Shown here: positions 51,665 to 62,028 of the stretch, piece by piece
Layout: every line of letters begins with the position of its first letter
How positions within the stretch are numbered: the stretch's first letter is position 1
NCBI GenBank assembly: GCA_028534125.1
Contig: CM052817.1
Span: 25,484,001 to 25,548,000, forward strand
Source: Lama glama
Lineage: Eukaryota
Length of the DNA: 64,000 nt
Direction: 5' to 3'
Position numbers and translations under genes: made by a program
Notes under the pieces: generated by a model
The model's input: the letters and a program-made list of their open reading frames with translations, nothing else
Told to the model about the DNA's origin: nothing
Databases searched by the model: none

Positions 51665-54100
51665 TTATAGGCAGTCTGTTCTTACCAAAGAGACTGTAGA
51701 ACCTCGAGACCCTTCATTGAGCTCTGTGAATGTCTGTAGTTCACACATCTGTCTGGTTTCTAATAAATTAACATGAATAGCGGCTCGAAGGTTTGTCCAA
51801 AAAAGGCCACATTTACGTCTATCCTTGGGCCATTCCAAGCACGCTTTCTTTTCCATGAGAGCTTTCAACTTGGGATACCTGGTAGGAATGCAGTAGAGTG
51901 GGATGGGTTCCAGTAAGATGATAATTATGTTATCAGAACTTTCATGGAAGAGATTGTGGTGGGCAAAGTAGAGTTCATAATGGCACCACTCACTCTGGAC
52001 AAAGTTGGGAGACAAGACAAAGATGGACTTGTAGCTTTTCTCAATGCACTTTATGACATCTTCAGTAATGTTCTTGCCAGGGTCAGAGTTTCCCTCATGA
52101 AAACAAATTAGTATAGAACCGTCTTCTTTCTCTAGATTGGGGATCAGTGCATGCTTTACCCAGGCAGAATCATGTTCACTGTATGAAATAAACACATGGA
52201 ATTGGATATTTCTCTTGAGTTGTCCTTGGGTTGTCTTCCTAACCCTGTGCCATGTCTGTGCCCATTGACCTAGCATCCTGAGATACCAGGGCAGATCAAA
52301 GTGGAAACAGCAGAAGGCCACAGCCATCCCCAGGACTAGCATGATAACCACAATGGTGACAATCAACAAAGCTACGTTGCAAGATAATTCAGGAAGATGA
52401 ACATCCTTTAACTGAGTCCCCTTCAGATTCAAAGGGTATTCACAAATGTATGAATCTGACCACCCAACCATCATGCCCTCTGAATATTTTTCAAGCTGAA
52501 TGAAATCTCTTAATTCACAAGTACACCAGAATGGATTTCTTCCTGCATTTAGAATCTTAACTTCCTGGCAGCTCTGAAAAAAATCCAGAGATGGGCTGAG
52601 AATTAAGTTCATTTCAACGTTCAGAACTGAGAGTCTTCCGAAATGACTGCACCCAGGAAGATCAGTTAGAAGATTAAATGCAAGATTTAACTCTCGCAAG
52701 GATGTCAGATGAATAATCTCTTTAGGGACAGTTTGAATTTTGTTATCATTCATGTCTAGTATTTGAATATTTCTGGGCAAGCATCTGAAAACAGAGTCAG
52801 TAAATTTATTGGATGACAAATTCATGGTGATCAAGGTTTCTGGCCACAAGCAATTTTCATCATTTTCATGTTGTAACAGATTTTGGCTCAGATCTAAGTG
52901 CTTCAAGGATGTGTTGCTGGCAAAACAACTCACTAAGGAAAGCGTCTCCAACTTATTGTCCTTCAAAATGAGAGTTTTCAAATGAGGCAATTGGATAGGG
53001 GTTTTAAACACGTCATCTGTTAAGATATTATTAGCAAAATTTAAATATTGGAATCTCGTAGGATAAATAGGGAACAGCATGTGAGGCATTTGCGCATCTG
53101 ATATTGTCAGGTTTTCTATATCCATTTTGGTAAAAAGCAAGTAGACTCTCTCCTGTGGAATATTAAAAATTCTGAAGTGTACATGCTCCAATTTTATAGT
53201 TCTCATTACAGTATTTGAGTAGTCAAATGAATTGTGGTCAAGATAAACCTTACCTCCAAAAGTCACATGTTGGACCTGGAAGTATTCTACTGATGTATGC
53301 CAAACAAATTGGAAGATAAGGAGAAGGTCACCCCAGAGTAAGTCAACTTTATTAAGTAACAGAATGGATGTCTTGGCATTCTCTAAAGTAAGATTCTGTT
53401 GAGTTTCATAACTTGCAGATTGACTTTTGCCATCTATATTCGTCATTTCTAGTATTTTTGAAGTCTTGATTCCATCACGCAAAAGAACCCAGAAATTTGT
53501 ATTCATTGGTAAAACAATGTGAAGTTTTGTTGTGTTTAAGATAGGCAGGCTACCTTCCTCATAATGGGAAAGAGTTCTCAATCCTAAGAAGACAGTATTT
53601 AGATGCAAATGAGCAATTTTCTGGAAATCTGATTTCCGTATTTTTGCCCCACTCAGACCTAGGATTTCCAGGTGTGACATGTTGCCAGTCTCCTCACAGA
53701 TAGGTACAGTATCAAAGTCATTGAAGGAAAGATCGAGATGTCTGAGACCTGCCAGTGAGAACCAGGTTACCATCTTCAGTCTGTTGTAAGACACATCTAA
53801 ATATCTTAACTCCGTGTTGAATTCAAAGGTCCTGATATCTAGCTCCTGGATTCTGTTATGGCACAGAATCAAAACTTTCAGTTTAGAGACAGAATGAAAA
53901 TCTGAACGCTGGAGTTGAAAAAGGAGGTTGTAGGATAAATCCAGCGTGGTTGCGCTTGGGGTCAAGTCTGTGGGAATCTTTCTTAAAGACATGTTGGAGC
54001 AGTTGATAGTCACTTCCCTTTCTTCCAGCAGCTTTGAAGCCCCACCACGCACTGATATAACAATACAACAAAATAGGTAAATGCTTCTGATATGTCTCAT
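51665..54100 (-). CDS. TLR10: Toll-like receptor 10 (intact single-exon CDS, 811 aa)
   Basis: Uninterrupted 811-aa ORF: signal peptide ([14 protein letters not shown]), LRR array ([16 protein letters not shown]), LRRCT (NPFWCTCEL...ICEYP), TM helix ([22 protein letters not shown]), TIR domain ([11 protein letters not shown]...DPGK...SEWCHYEL...LEWP) and the TLR10-type C-terminal tail (...SLVRTDCL). Confidence 0.98.
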   Translation of the reverse strand: MRHIRSIYLFCCIVISVRGGASKLLEEREVTINCSNMSLRKIPTDLTPSATTLDLSYNLLFQLQRSDFHSVSKLKVLILCHNRIQELDIRTFEFNTELRYLDVSYNRLKMVTWFSLAGLRHLDLSFNDFDTVPICEETGNMSHLEILGLSGAKIRKSDFQKIAHLHLNTVFLGLRTLSHYEEGSLPILNTTKLHIVLPMNTNFWVLLRDGIKTSKILEMTNIDGKSQSASYETQQNLTLENAKTSILLLNKVDLLWGDLLLIFQFVWHTSVEYFQVQHVTFGGKVYLDHNSFDYSNTVMRTIKLEHVHFRIFNIPQERVYLLFTKMDIENLTISDAQMPHMLFPIYPTRFQYLNFANNILTDDVFKTPIQLPHLKTLILKDNKLETLSLVSCFASNTSLKHLDLSQNLLQHENDENCLWPETLITMNLSSNKFTDSVFRCLPRNIQILDMNDNKIQTVPKEIIHLTSLRELNLAFNLLTDLPGCSHFGRLSVLNVEMNLILSPSLDFFQSCQEVKILNAGRNPFWCTCELRDFIQLEKYSEGMMVGWSDSYICEYPLNLKGTQLKDVHLPELSCNVALLIVTIVVIMLVLGMAVAFCCFHFDLPWYLRMLGQWAQTWHRVRKTTQGQLKRNIQFHVFISYSEHDSAWVKHALIPNLEKEDGSILICFHEGNSDPGKNITEDVIKCIEKSYKSIFVLSPNFVQSEWCHYELYFAHHNLFHESSDNIIIILLEPIPLYCIPTRYPKLKALMEKKACLEWPKDRRKCGLFWTNLRAAIHVNLLETRQMCELQTFTELNEGSRGSTVSLVRTDCL

Positions 54101-54200
54101 TGTAATTCCGAGAATTTTATCACTGGTTCACCTCATGTGAATTTTATCACACGTCACTTCATATAAATGGTGAAGATGAGTTCAAATCCTGGAAAAACAG
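54101..54200 (-). other. TLR10: 5'UTR part of the TLR10 coding exon and its splice acceptor
   Basis: Minus strand reads ctgtttttccAG|GATTTGAACTCATCTTC (AG at 54190-54189, exon starts 54188): pyrimidine tract plus CAG, 88 nt upstream of the ATG. It resembles the human TLR10 mRNA leader as I recall it. Confidence 0.8.
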
Positions 54201-54276
54201 CATATAACGTTAAGAGGTTATGTGATTTGTTAAACCCTGTAGGACTTTTTAAGTACTAACATCTGACTATATTCAC

Positions 54277-54406
54277 CTGAGATTATTCATGTAACATCCT
54301 TGTGAGAGTTCAGTCTTGCATATAATCTTCTAATTGATCTTCTTGGTTGAGATCATTTCAGAAGACTCTCAGTTCAAGAATTTGCAGTAGGGTTCCAACC
54401 CATATA
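54277..54406 (-). other. TLR10: Candidate TLR10 5' non-coding exon (130 nt) that contains the antisense LRR copy
   Basis: Donor CTCAG|GTGAAT (GT at 54276-54275). Acceptor actcAG|TATATGG (AG at 54408-54407), with a weak pyrimidine tract. A further donor CTGG|GTGAGA lies at 54543-54542. No transcript evidence is available. Confidence 0.5.
54279..54375 (+). pseudogene. Inverted partial duplicate of TLR10 LRR coding sequence
   Basis: Ungapped 84/97 identity to the reverse complement of 52624-52720. The plus strand translates EIIHVTSL*EFSLAYNLLIDLLG*DHFRRLSV versus TLR10 [32 protein letters not shown]. Confidence 0.95.
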
Positions 54407-54649
54407 CTGAGTCTTTGATTTGATCTCAGAGCTTGGCTCCATAGATTTCCAAGTCCATTACTGTGTCATACCCCCATCACTGAGGCAAGTCAGGATTCCC
54501 AGAAGGGAGATAGATATATATAGTTGGTAGAAATGCCTCTCACCCAGCTCAAATTAGGAACTGCACTGCCAGGACATTTTCGACACCCTCTCCCACATCC
54601 CCTTTTGATAGCCTGAAAGCTTTAAGACAATTAAAAGAAATTTTTAAAA

Positions 54650-55312
54650 ATTAAGACATTTTTAGAGCAGTTTAAGATTCATAGCAACATTGAAGGGAAG
54701 GTATAGAGATTTTCCATATTCCTCCTGCCCCGACATGTGAACAGCCTTCCCTATTATCAACAACCCCCTCTCCATCAGAGTGGTGCATTTGTTACAACTG
54801 ATGGACCTACACTGATACATCATAGTCACTCCAAGTCCACAGTTTACACTATTGTTCACTCTTGGTGCACATTCTGTGGGTTTGGACAAATGTATAAGGA
54901 CATGTATTCATCATCATAGTATCATACAGAGTATTTTCACTGCCCTAAAAATCCTGTACGCCTATTCATCCTCTGCCCACCCCACAATCCCTGGAAACCA
55001 CTGGTCATTTTTTTTGTCTCCATAGTTTTGCCTTTTCTACAATGACATAATAGTTGGAATCAATACAATATGTATCTTTTCCAAATTGTCTTCTTTCCCA
55101 TAGTAGTATGCATTTAGGTTTCTTCTATGTCTTTGCATGGCTTGATAGCTCATTTCTCTTCAGCACTGAATAATAGCCCACTATCTGGATCTACTAGAGC
55201 TTATCCATTCACCTACTGAAGGACATCTTGGTTGCTTCCAAGTTTTACCAATTATAAATAAAGCAACTATAAACATCTGTGTACAGGTTTTTGTGTGGAC
55301 ATAAGTTCTCAA
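54650..55312 (-). mobile_element. L1MC-like 3' end in a TLR10 intron
   Basis: tttttagagcagtttaagattcatagcaa...ccatcagagtggtgcatttgttacaactgatggacc...gaaggacatcttggttgcttccaag. Confidence 0.9.
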
Positions 55313-55440
55313 TGAAAGTAATCTTTATAACTGAACAGTGTGGGCCCCTGAATTAATGTTATGAAGCTGTTTACTCAACTTTGTTATTTGTGAACATAGG
55401 GAGCCTCTTAAGCTTATACTTGACTGTCAATAATACTTAC

Positions 55441-55540
55441 CCATGCACATGGACGGTCCAAAACACAGAAATAAAAAGAGTGGTTCTGGTCCTTATGCCT
55501 CCATATGTCTTCAGGTTGGTGGCAAAAGCAGTCGGGATCA
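55441..55540 (-). other. TLR10: Candidate TLR10 5' non-coding exon (100 nt)
   Basis: Consensus donor CATGG|GTAAGT (GT at 55440-55439) and acceptor tattatttggcAG| (55542-55541) in non-repetitive sequence within the gene span. Confidence 0.4.
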
Positions 55541-55799
55541 CTGCCAAATAATAGTGACAGTGATAGAATCAGCTTCCATTTCTTGAAGCTTTTCAGTGAG
55601 CCAAGAGGTACAATAAACCCTTCACATATATTATCCTACTTATTCATCACGAAACTCTGTGAGAGAAGTGCTGTTACCCACAGGTTACAGATGAAGACAG
55701 TCATGCATGCAGAATTCTGAGGACTTTGAGAGAAGAGTCAGGCTTCAAGTGCTTGATTGGACACAGAACAGAGGGGTTGGGGAACTAAAAATTTCACAA

Positions 55800-56470
55800 T
55801 ATTATTATTCAAGATCTACTTTGCCAGGAATTTTTCCAGGCACTGAGGATACAGCAATGAGTAGAACAGACAGAATTTCTCTTCTTACACACTTACATTC
55901 CAGTAAGGGGTAAGAAAAGAGGCACTATAAACAAAGGAATAGATTTCTATGTTAGGTGATGATCAGGGCTGAAGAAAATAGCCAAGATAAGGGGAGGAGA
56001 GGGTGGCTGAGGGGTGATATTGGTATAGGGGAGTCTAAAAAGGCCTCGCTGATATGGTGACCTTCATGCAAAGATATAAAGGGTGGAAGGAGCAAGCCTC
56101 TTGTCGTCTGGGGAAAAAACATTCTGGAAAGAGAAGAGCAAGTGCAAGTTCAAAGACCAGATGTGGGAGCCTCTTCAGAAAATGTGAGGAGTGACTGGAG
56201 CGGAGCTGAGGAAGTGGATTGAAGAGGTCAGATCTTGTAAGGATTTGGGATTTTCCACTGATTGAAATAAGAAATGAATGTAGGATTTAGAGCAGCGGAG
56301 TGGCAGATTCTGATGCACATCTTAAAGCATTCTCTCCTTGTTAGCTGGGAATGACTGGAGGGGCACGAGCCTGGCAGGAAAGACCCCCGGGACACTAACG
56401 AGGAATTCATGCCAGAAAGAGGGTAGTGAGGAGGGGGTGAGAAGTGGTTAGATCCCACTATTGTATGAGT
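55800..56470 (-). mobile_element. L2 fragment
   Basis: ccaggcactgaggatacagcaatgagtag...ggaaagagaagagcaagtgcaag...gtaggatttagagcagcggagtggcag. Confidence 0.7.
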
Positions 56471-57959
56471 GAAATCTTCAACTTTATGTCCCCCTACACC
56501 AGGCACTCTGACAACACAACGGAAGGTAATGAGCAGGGTGAGACTTTCCCTGCTTCTACCTGCATGTTTATTGCACATTGACTCCCAGTCTCCCCCAGAC
56601 TCGTCACCCCTATGGACAAGCAGGAGGGACCAGGGGCAAACTCAGGGTGTAGCGAGACTTCTCTCTAACGTCCACGTTGTTCCATTCTGAGAAATGTGTG
56701 AGCACACATGCACCCACGTGGGTGTTGAGGCGGGGACAAAACTGGCCCAACTGACACAAAAGGACATCTGGATTATTACCTCGCTCTTACCTGGATTTTT
56801 CTTTCTCTAGAACCTGCCCAAATTTGTTTTGTTTATTGTTATTGGTGTTCTTGTTGAAGTGAAGAAATTCTAGGAGGCATGTCTTTATTTTCTAAAACAA
56901 CTTAAAAATGAAAATACTTTGTATAGTTGTTTCATAGAAAATAGGGAAAGGGACACAGAAATGTTCAACTATCAACATGTGAGTGCGAAGAGAGAATTTT
57001 GATTTTTGGCATGCCTTGTCCATTGTGCATTCAGGGGAAGAGGCACATGAAGGGCACTAGGTGGGGATGGGATTGAGGAGGTGGCACCCTTCACCTTCCC
57101 ACTGAGATATTCCCTCCACGTTTATTTCCTCCAATCCATCCCAGGTAGTCCTCTCTTGGTCATCTCCTTTTTATGTAACGTTTAATATAGCATCCAATGA
57201 CCAGTATAAGAACAAATACCAACATACAAAGAGAGCCTCTGTGATGTAACTTTATGTCCATGGTTATTTCCAGATTTTACGAATCCAGTAAAATAAACTA
57301 GTTGCTAGTATCATCATTTTAATACATTACCCACATTTAAGATGACCCGAGTAACTCTTCTGTTTGATGAATCTATACATTTATAGCTATTCAACATGTC
57401 TGATAGCATGCCCACACCAAATTTACTCTCATGCCAATGAGGCAGTGGCCACTCAATGTCTTTTTGGGTAACAACAACTACCATTCATTGGGCTAAGTAA
57501 CACTGACTTTACACAGATGGATCCTTACAACACTACTCACCATTTACAGATATGAAAGGTGGTGCTTAGAGAGGTCCTGTAGCTGCCTCATGGTCACAAA
57601 GTTACTCCATGGTGAGTCCAGAGCCGGGGCTCTTAGCCATTCTGCTATCTTGTCTCTCTAGGGTGAGTCAAGATAAATCTGTTTCCAATATATGCTATAA
57701 CATATTAACCATGATGAAATTATATCTCACTAAGACATGTTGATTCTTTAACGTTTCCTTATACACAGTCCAAGGAACCCAATGAGTAAGTTTGTAAGTG
57801 CTACCCAATTTAGGGTTTCTTTTTTTTTTCCAATTTAGGTTTTAGATCAATTACCTACAAGGACAGACACGGATTGAGCCATTATGTTGAGTACTGTCTT
57901 GTTGAAGCCATTGTATTTTGGGGTCACTTGTTACAGCACCCACCTATGTCCTAACTAAT

Positions 57960-58510
57960 GTGCTATTATCCTTAGAATGAAATCCAAACCCAATACTGGA
58001 TTACTAAACCCTCCACGGGCTGGTCTTGCTTCCTTGTAGGATCTCATTTCATATTATCCTGGCCCTCTGAACTCCAGTAAGACTGATCCTCTGCTCCATG
58101 GCCACATTTTGCTCTAACCTCAGGGCCTTTGCACTAGCTTTTCCCTCAGCTTGGGATGTTCTCCCATCCTTCCTTGGCTGGATCCTTCTTATCATTGAGG
58201 TCTCGTCTTACAGGTCATCTCCTCTAAGAAACCTGATTTGACCCCCTAATCTAAAGAAGACATTTAGATTAACTTGCTAGTCATTCACATCATCCTATTT
58301 TGTTTCTCTACAAAATAGAGTACTTACCACTCTCTGAAACTTTTATTCATTTATTTGTTTGTTGACTACACCCCACCCTCACCTCTCACACTCAAGAGAA
58401 GGGGGTCTAACAACCTTGCTCACCTCTGTATCCCTGGCATGTACAACAGTGCCCAGTCCATGGCATATGTTCAGTAAATACATTCATGTATATAAGAATA
58501 AATGAATGAT
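57960..58510 (+). mobile_element. L2 3' end
   Basis: cctcagggcctttgcactagcttttccctc...acagtgcccagtccatggcatatgttcagtaaatac...aatgaatga. Confidence 0.75.
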
Positions 58511-58804
58511 TTCAATTTTTTATTCCTTAGCCTAAGGTTGTATATAACATACTTTCAAAAATATGTATCAAATGAATTAATTTGAGTTGTGAATTCCTGT
58601 TACAGTGCAGTGCATGATGGTTAAAGTGTGAGTTTACTATTGAGGATGGACAGGTCTGTGTTCAAGTCCAATCTTAGCCCTTCACTGGCTGTGATAACTT
58701 AGATAATTGATTTAACTGCTGAAAGGTTCTGCAGAGGCATAAGGAGATAATGTATATAAATCACTTGGTGTCATGTCTAGTATATCACAAATGGTAGCAG
58801 TTCT

Positions 58805-59020
58805 CATGGCCAAAACTAAGGTGATTTCAGGTACAAATTTTAAGAGGCACCAAGGAACTCGGTAATCAAGATGAGTAATATTTTAATAAAATATTTTTTT
58901 AAATTAAAATGAATGTAAAATCCATGATAAACAAAAATTAAAATTTTTTCATAAAGACAGAATGAGTTTTACTGATTTCTCCTCTTGTCTCAAGCTCCAG
59001 TATGGCTTGGTAGGACACTG
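58805..59020. mobile_element. MER96B-like hAT element
   Basis: aggtacaaattttaagaggcaccaaggaactcggtaatcaagat...ctcaagctccagtatggcttgg...cactg. Confidence 0.6.
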
Positions 59021-59689
59021 GATATAGTCACTAAGTTATGTCACTAAGACAATGAAGGTGTTTTTACCATTATTTTCTCACCAAGTTCTTCCATTCATAG
59101 CAACTTAGTTTAAGCTCTTAGGTCTAAGAGCTATGGCCCTTGAAAAATGCAGCAAAGTCTAACTCAGCTATTTGTCTGGAATCCTCTGTGTTGAGATGTC
59201 ATAGCTTTCAAGTTTTACCCACCTTTTTTCTCTGCCCAGTACCACAACCTCATGTGAAACTTATTCTAAAGAAGTGAAGTTAAGAAAGAAGTTAAGAAAC
59301 TCTTTCTGAACTTCTCTTAATATAATAAAAGAAAAAGGCCCTATCTCTCAGGCAATGCATACAAGTTATGGTATTTCATTTAAACACTTTTAAAAGTCTG
59401 ACATAAACTTTTGATGAAAGATGCAGTCAATAAATATATTATTATCATATTCATATTACTGCCACTGTGCACTAAAACCTAGTGAAAAACAGAATGGCTT
59501 TCTTTAATACTTTATGATTTAAAAGTCTAAGTCAAAAGACACCATGAAATGACTTGTGGTGGCTTGCCAGAGAATACTTAATCATCTAATTTTTCTTTAC
59601 TCAATGATGCAAAAAAAAAAAGTGGAGAAGGGGTTAAAAAGGGGTTAAAAACCCATTGAAATTTGAATGATCTCTAATGAACATAAGAG

Positions 59690-59900
59690 CAAGGATGACT
59701 GACGTTTTATGAGTGTTTCCTATCTGCTTGGTAAGGAGCTAAATACTTTCCATACATTACCTTGTTCAATCCACTCAACAACCCAGCAAAATGATGGATA
59801 TCCCCATTTTACAAATGAAGGCGCTAAAACCCAGAGGTTAAGTAATTTGCCCAAGGTAATCCAGTAAATAAGTGGCAGAACATGAATTTGAACCCAGAAT
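59690..59900 (-). mobile_element. MIR SINE
   Basis: ccccattttacaaatgaagg...gaggttaagtaatttgcccaagg...gaatttgaacccag. Confidence 0.85.
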
Positions 59901-60403
59901 CTGGTCCCTTCTGGATCCTAAATTGAAGGCATTTCAAACTCTGAAATGAAGAAGCTTATGGTGTGATTGCCGAGGCTGATACCACTGGCAGGACTAGCTA
60001 CCACTGTGGCCTCTTCCTTTCCCTCCCACCCCATGTCCCTTCTTCAAAGCTATTTATAGTCTGCTCGGTGTCACAAAGTTGAAGCCAGCAAAAAGGAAAG
60101 TCAAATTCTCAAGCACCTACAAGACAATTCTTCAAATCAACAGTGATCAACAGTAAGCCCCAGGGTCACTCACTAATCATCAATCTTTAGATTACTACAG
60201 GCAAAATAATAAAGACTCAAAACCTGAACACATCTGCTTTCCATCTACTGAATCAGTCTGAATATCTGAATAATCTGAGTGAATCTGAATAATCTGAAAA
60301 TCTGAATAAATCTACTTCCCTCCCACTTTGTTTAGAAAAGACCCCATGCAATTCTTATTTCTTTTTCATGAGTGTTCTAACAAAGAAAGCTAACAGCTCT
60401 TAC

Positions 60404-60520
60404 CCCCAGGCTGGCAGCGGCTCCGGCAGAGCTGCAGGTGCAGATGATTCATTGACAGAACCAGGACTGGCTCCAGGAGTGCCTGAGTCCAGCTTTTCTG
60501 TGAAGTTTGCACTCCTTTGC
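60404..60520 (-). other. TLR10: Probable TLR10 first (non-coding) exon; 5' boundary uncertain
   Basis: Minus strand reads GAATCATCTGCACCTGCAGCTCTGCC...GCCTGGGG|GTAAGAG, a strong donor. The sequence resembles the 5' end of human TLR10 cDNA as I recall it (GAATCATC...CACCTGCAGCTCTGC). Confidence 0.7.
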
Positions 60521-60579
60521 CCTCTACTGCATGCTGGGGGCATTACATGCTGCATAAATTCATCATAATCTTAGAGCAC

Positions 60580-61200
60580 TTTTTAAAGAATTGCAGGAAA
60601 ATACACAGAACATAAAATCTACCATTTTAACCATTTTAAGTGTACAGTTCGGTGGCTTTTAGTACATTCACATAGTCGTTCAACCATCAGCACCACCCAG
60701 CTTCAGGACTCTCTCATCGTCCCACACTGAAACTCTGTACCCATTAAACAACAACTCCCCACTTCTTCCTCCCTTCAGCCCCCCGTAACCACTGTTCTAC
60801 TTTCTGTCTCGACAGATTTGACTACTCTAGGCACCTCAAATAAGTGGAATCATACAACATTCGTGTGATTGCCTTATTTCACTTAGCATAATGTGTTCAA
60901 TGTTCTTCCATGTTGTAGTATGTATCACAACTTCCTTCCTTTCCCGCTTAAGGCTGAAAAATATTCCATTGCGTGTGTATACCACATTTTGCTTATCCAT
61001 TCATCCGTCAGTGGGTATTTGGGTTGTTTTCACCCTTTGACTGCTGTGAATAGTGCTTCTTTGGACATGGATGTGTACAATTATCTGTTCAAGTCCCTGC
61101 TTTCAGTTCTTCAGGGTAGATGCCTAGAAGCGGACCTGCTGGACCCTACGGCAATTCTGTGTTTGAATTTTTGCAGAGCTGCCATACTGTTTCCCACAGC
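60580..61200 (-). mobile_element. L1MB-like 3' end immediately upstream of the putative TLR10 exon 1
   Basis: cataaaatctaccattttaaccattttaagtgtacagttc...taagtggaatcatacaa...tataccacattttgcttatccattcatcc. Confidence 0.9.
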
Positions 61201-62028
61201 ATCTTACAGCACTTTGATGATGCTTCACTTCAAGGTTCACATCAGTCATCCTGCCCTTCAAACTGGGTGGGAAGGCCAAGCGGTGATGAGAAGAAATGAA
61301 AACGGTGGCTGCATAATTTCAGCAGTCTGACTGGGCCAGAGGCCTTGTCTTGAAATGAAGTGGTAACACAGGCGTGGTACTTTTTAATGTAGTGTGCAGG
61401 GAAGAGGTCAATTTTTTCAAAGCATCAATTTTTGAGGTTTTACTTATGCTTGACTTTAGATTCAGCTGACACTGCTGGAGCTCACTGAGGAAGGCGAAAA
61501 TTTCCAAATGGATTTGTCCATGGGAGGAATGGTCAGTTTGAAACTGAATAATTATAATAAGTTTATGTAAATATGAAATTGTGTGTGGGGGGTCCTTAAA
61601 ACAAAATAGTTTTTCACAATCATTTTGGGGATTTTTAGTCAAAATGTAATAACGTGTATTTCTATGTATATTGTAGAGAGAAAATCACACAATGAATAAC
61701 TGTTTAAAGAAAACCACAACAGATACAGTCCGCTCTGCTGCCACCTTCACAGAGACGAACCTGTCTACGCCTGGAAACAGGTACCGGGCCCGCGCCCAGC
61801 AGGAGTGCTGGAGAGCATTCCTAGCTTGTTGCACAAACTAGGCGCTAACATTCCCTTCATCTCAAGAATTCTCAAATGACTACAGTCATCACTCTCACAT
61901 TCTAAACAGCCCTGTCAAGGAAAAATAATCACTTGGGGTTTTTGGTGTCCAAAGACATATTTTTTTCAGAGCCCAACATTTTTAAACACTTTACACGGTC
62001 AGTGAATGTGGAATTTTTCTTTACTTAT

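Noticed and set aside
54279..54375. A separate TLR1/TLR6-like gene on the plus strand
   Set aside because: It is only 97 bp, has two stops, matches TLR10 itself, and has no further LRR or TIR sequence nearby.
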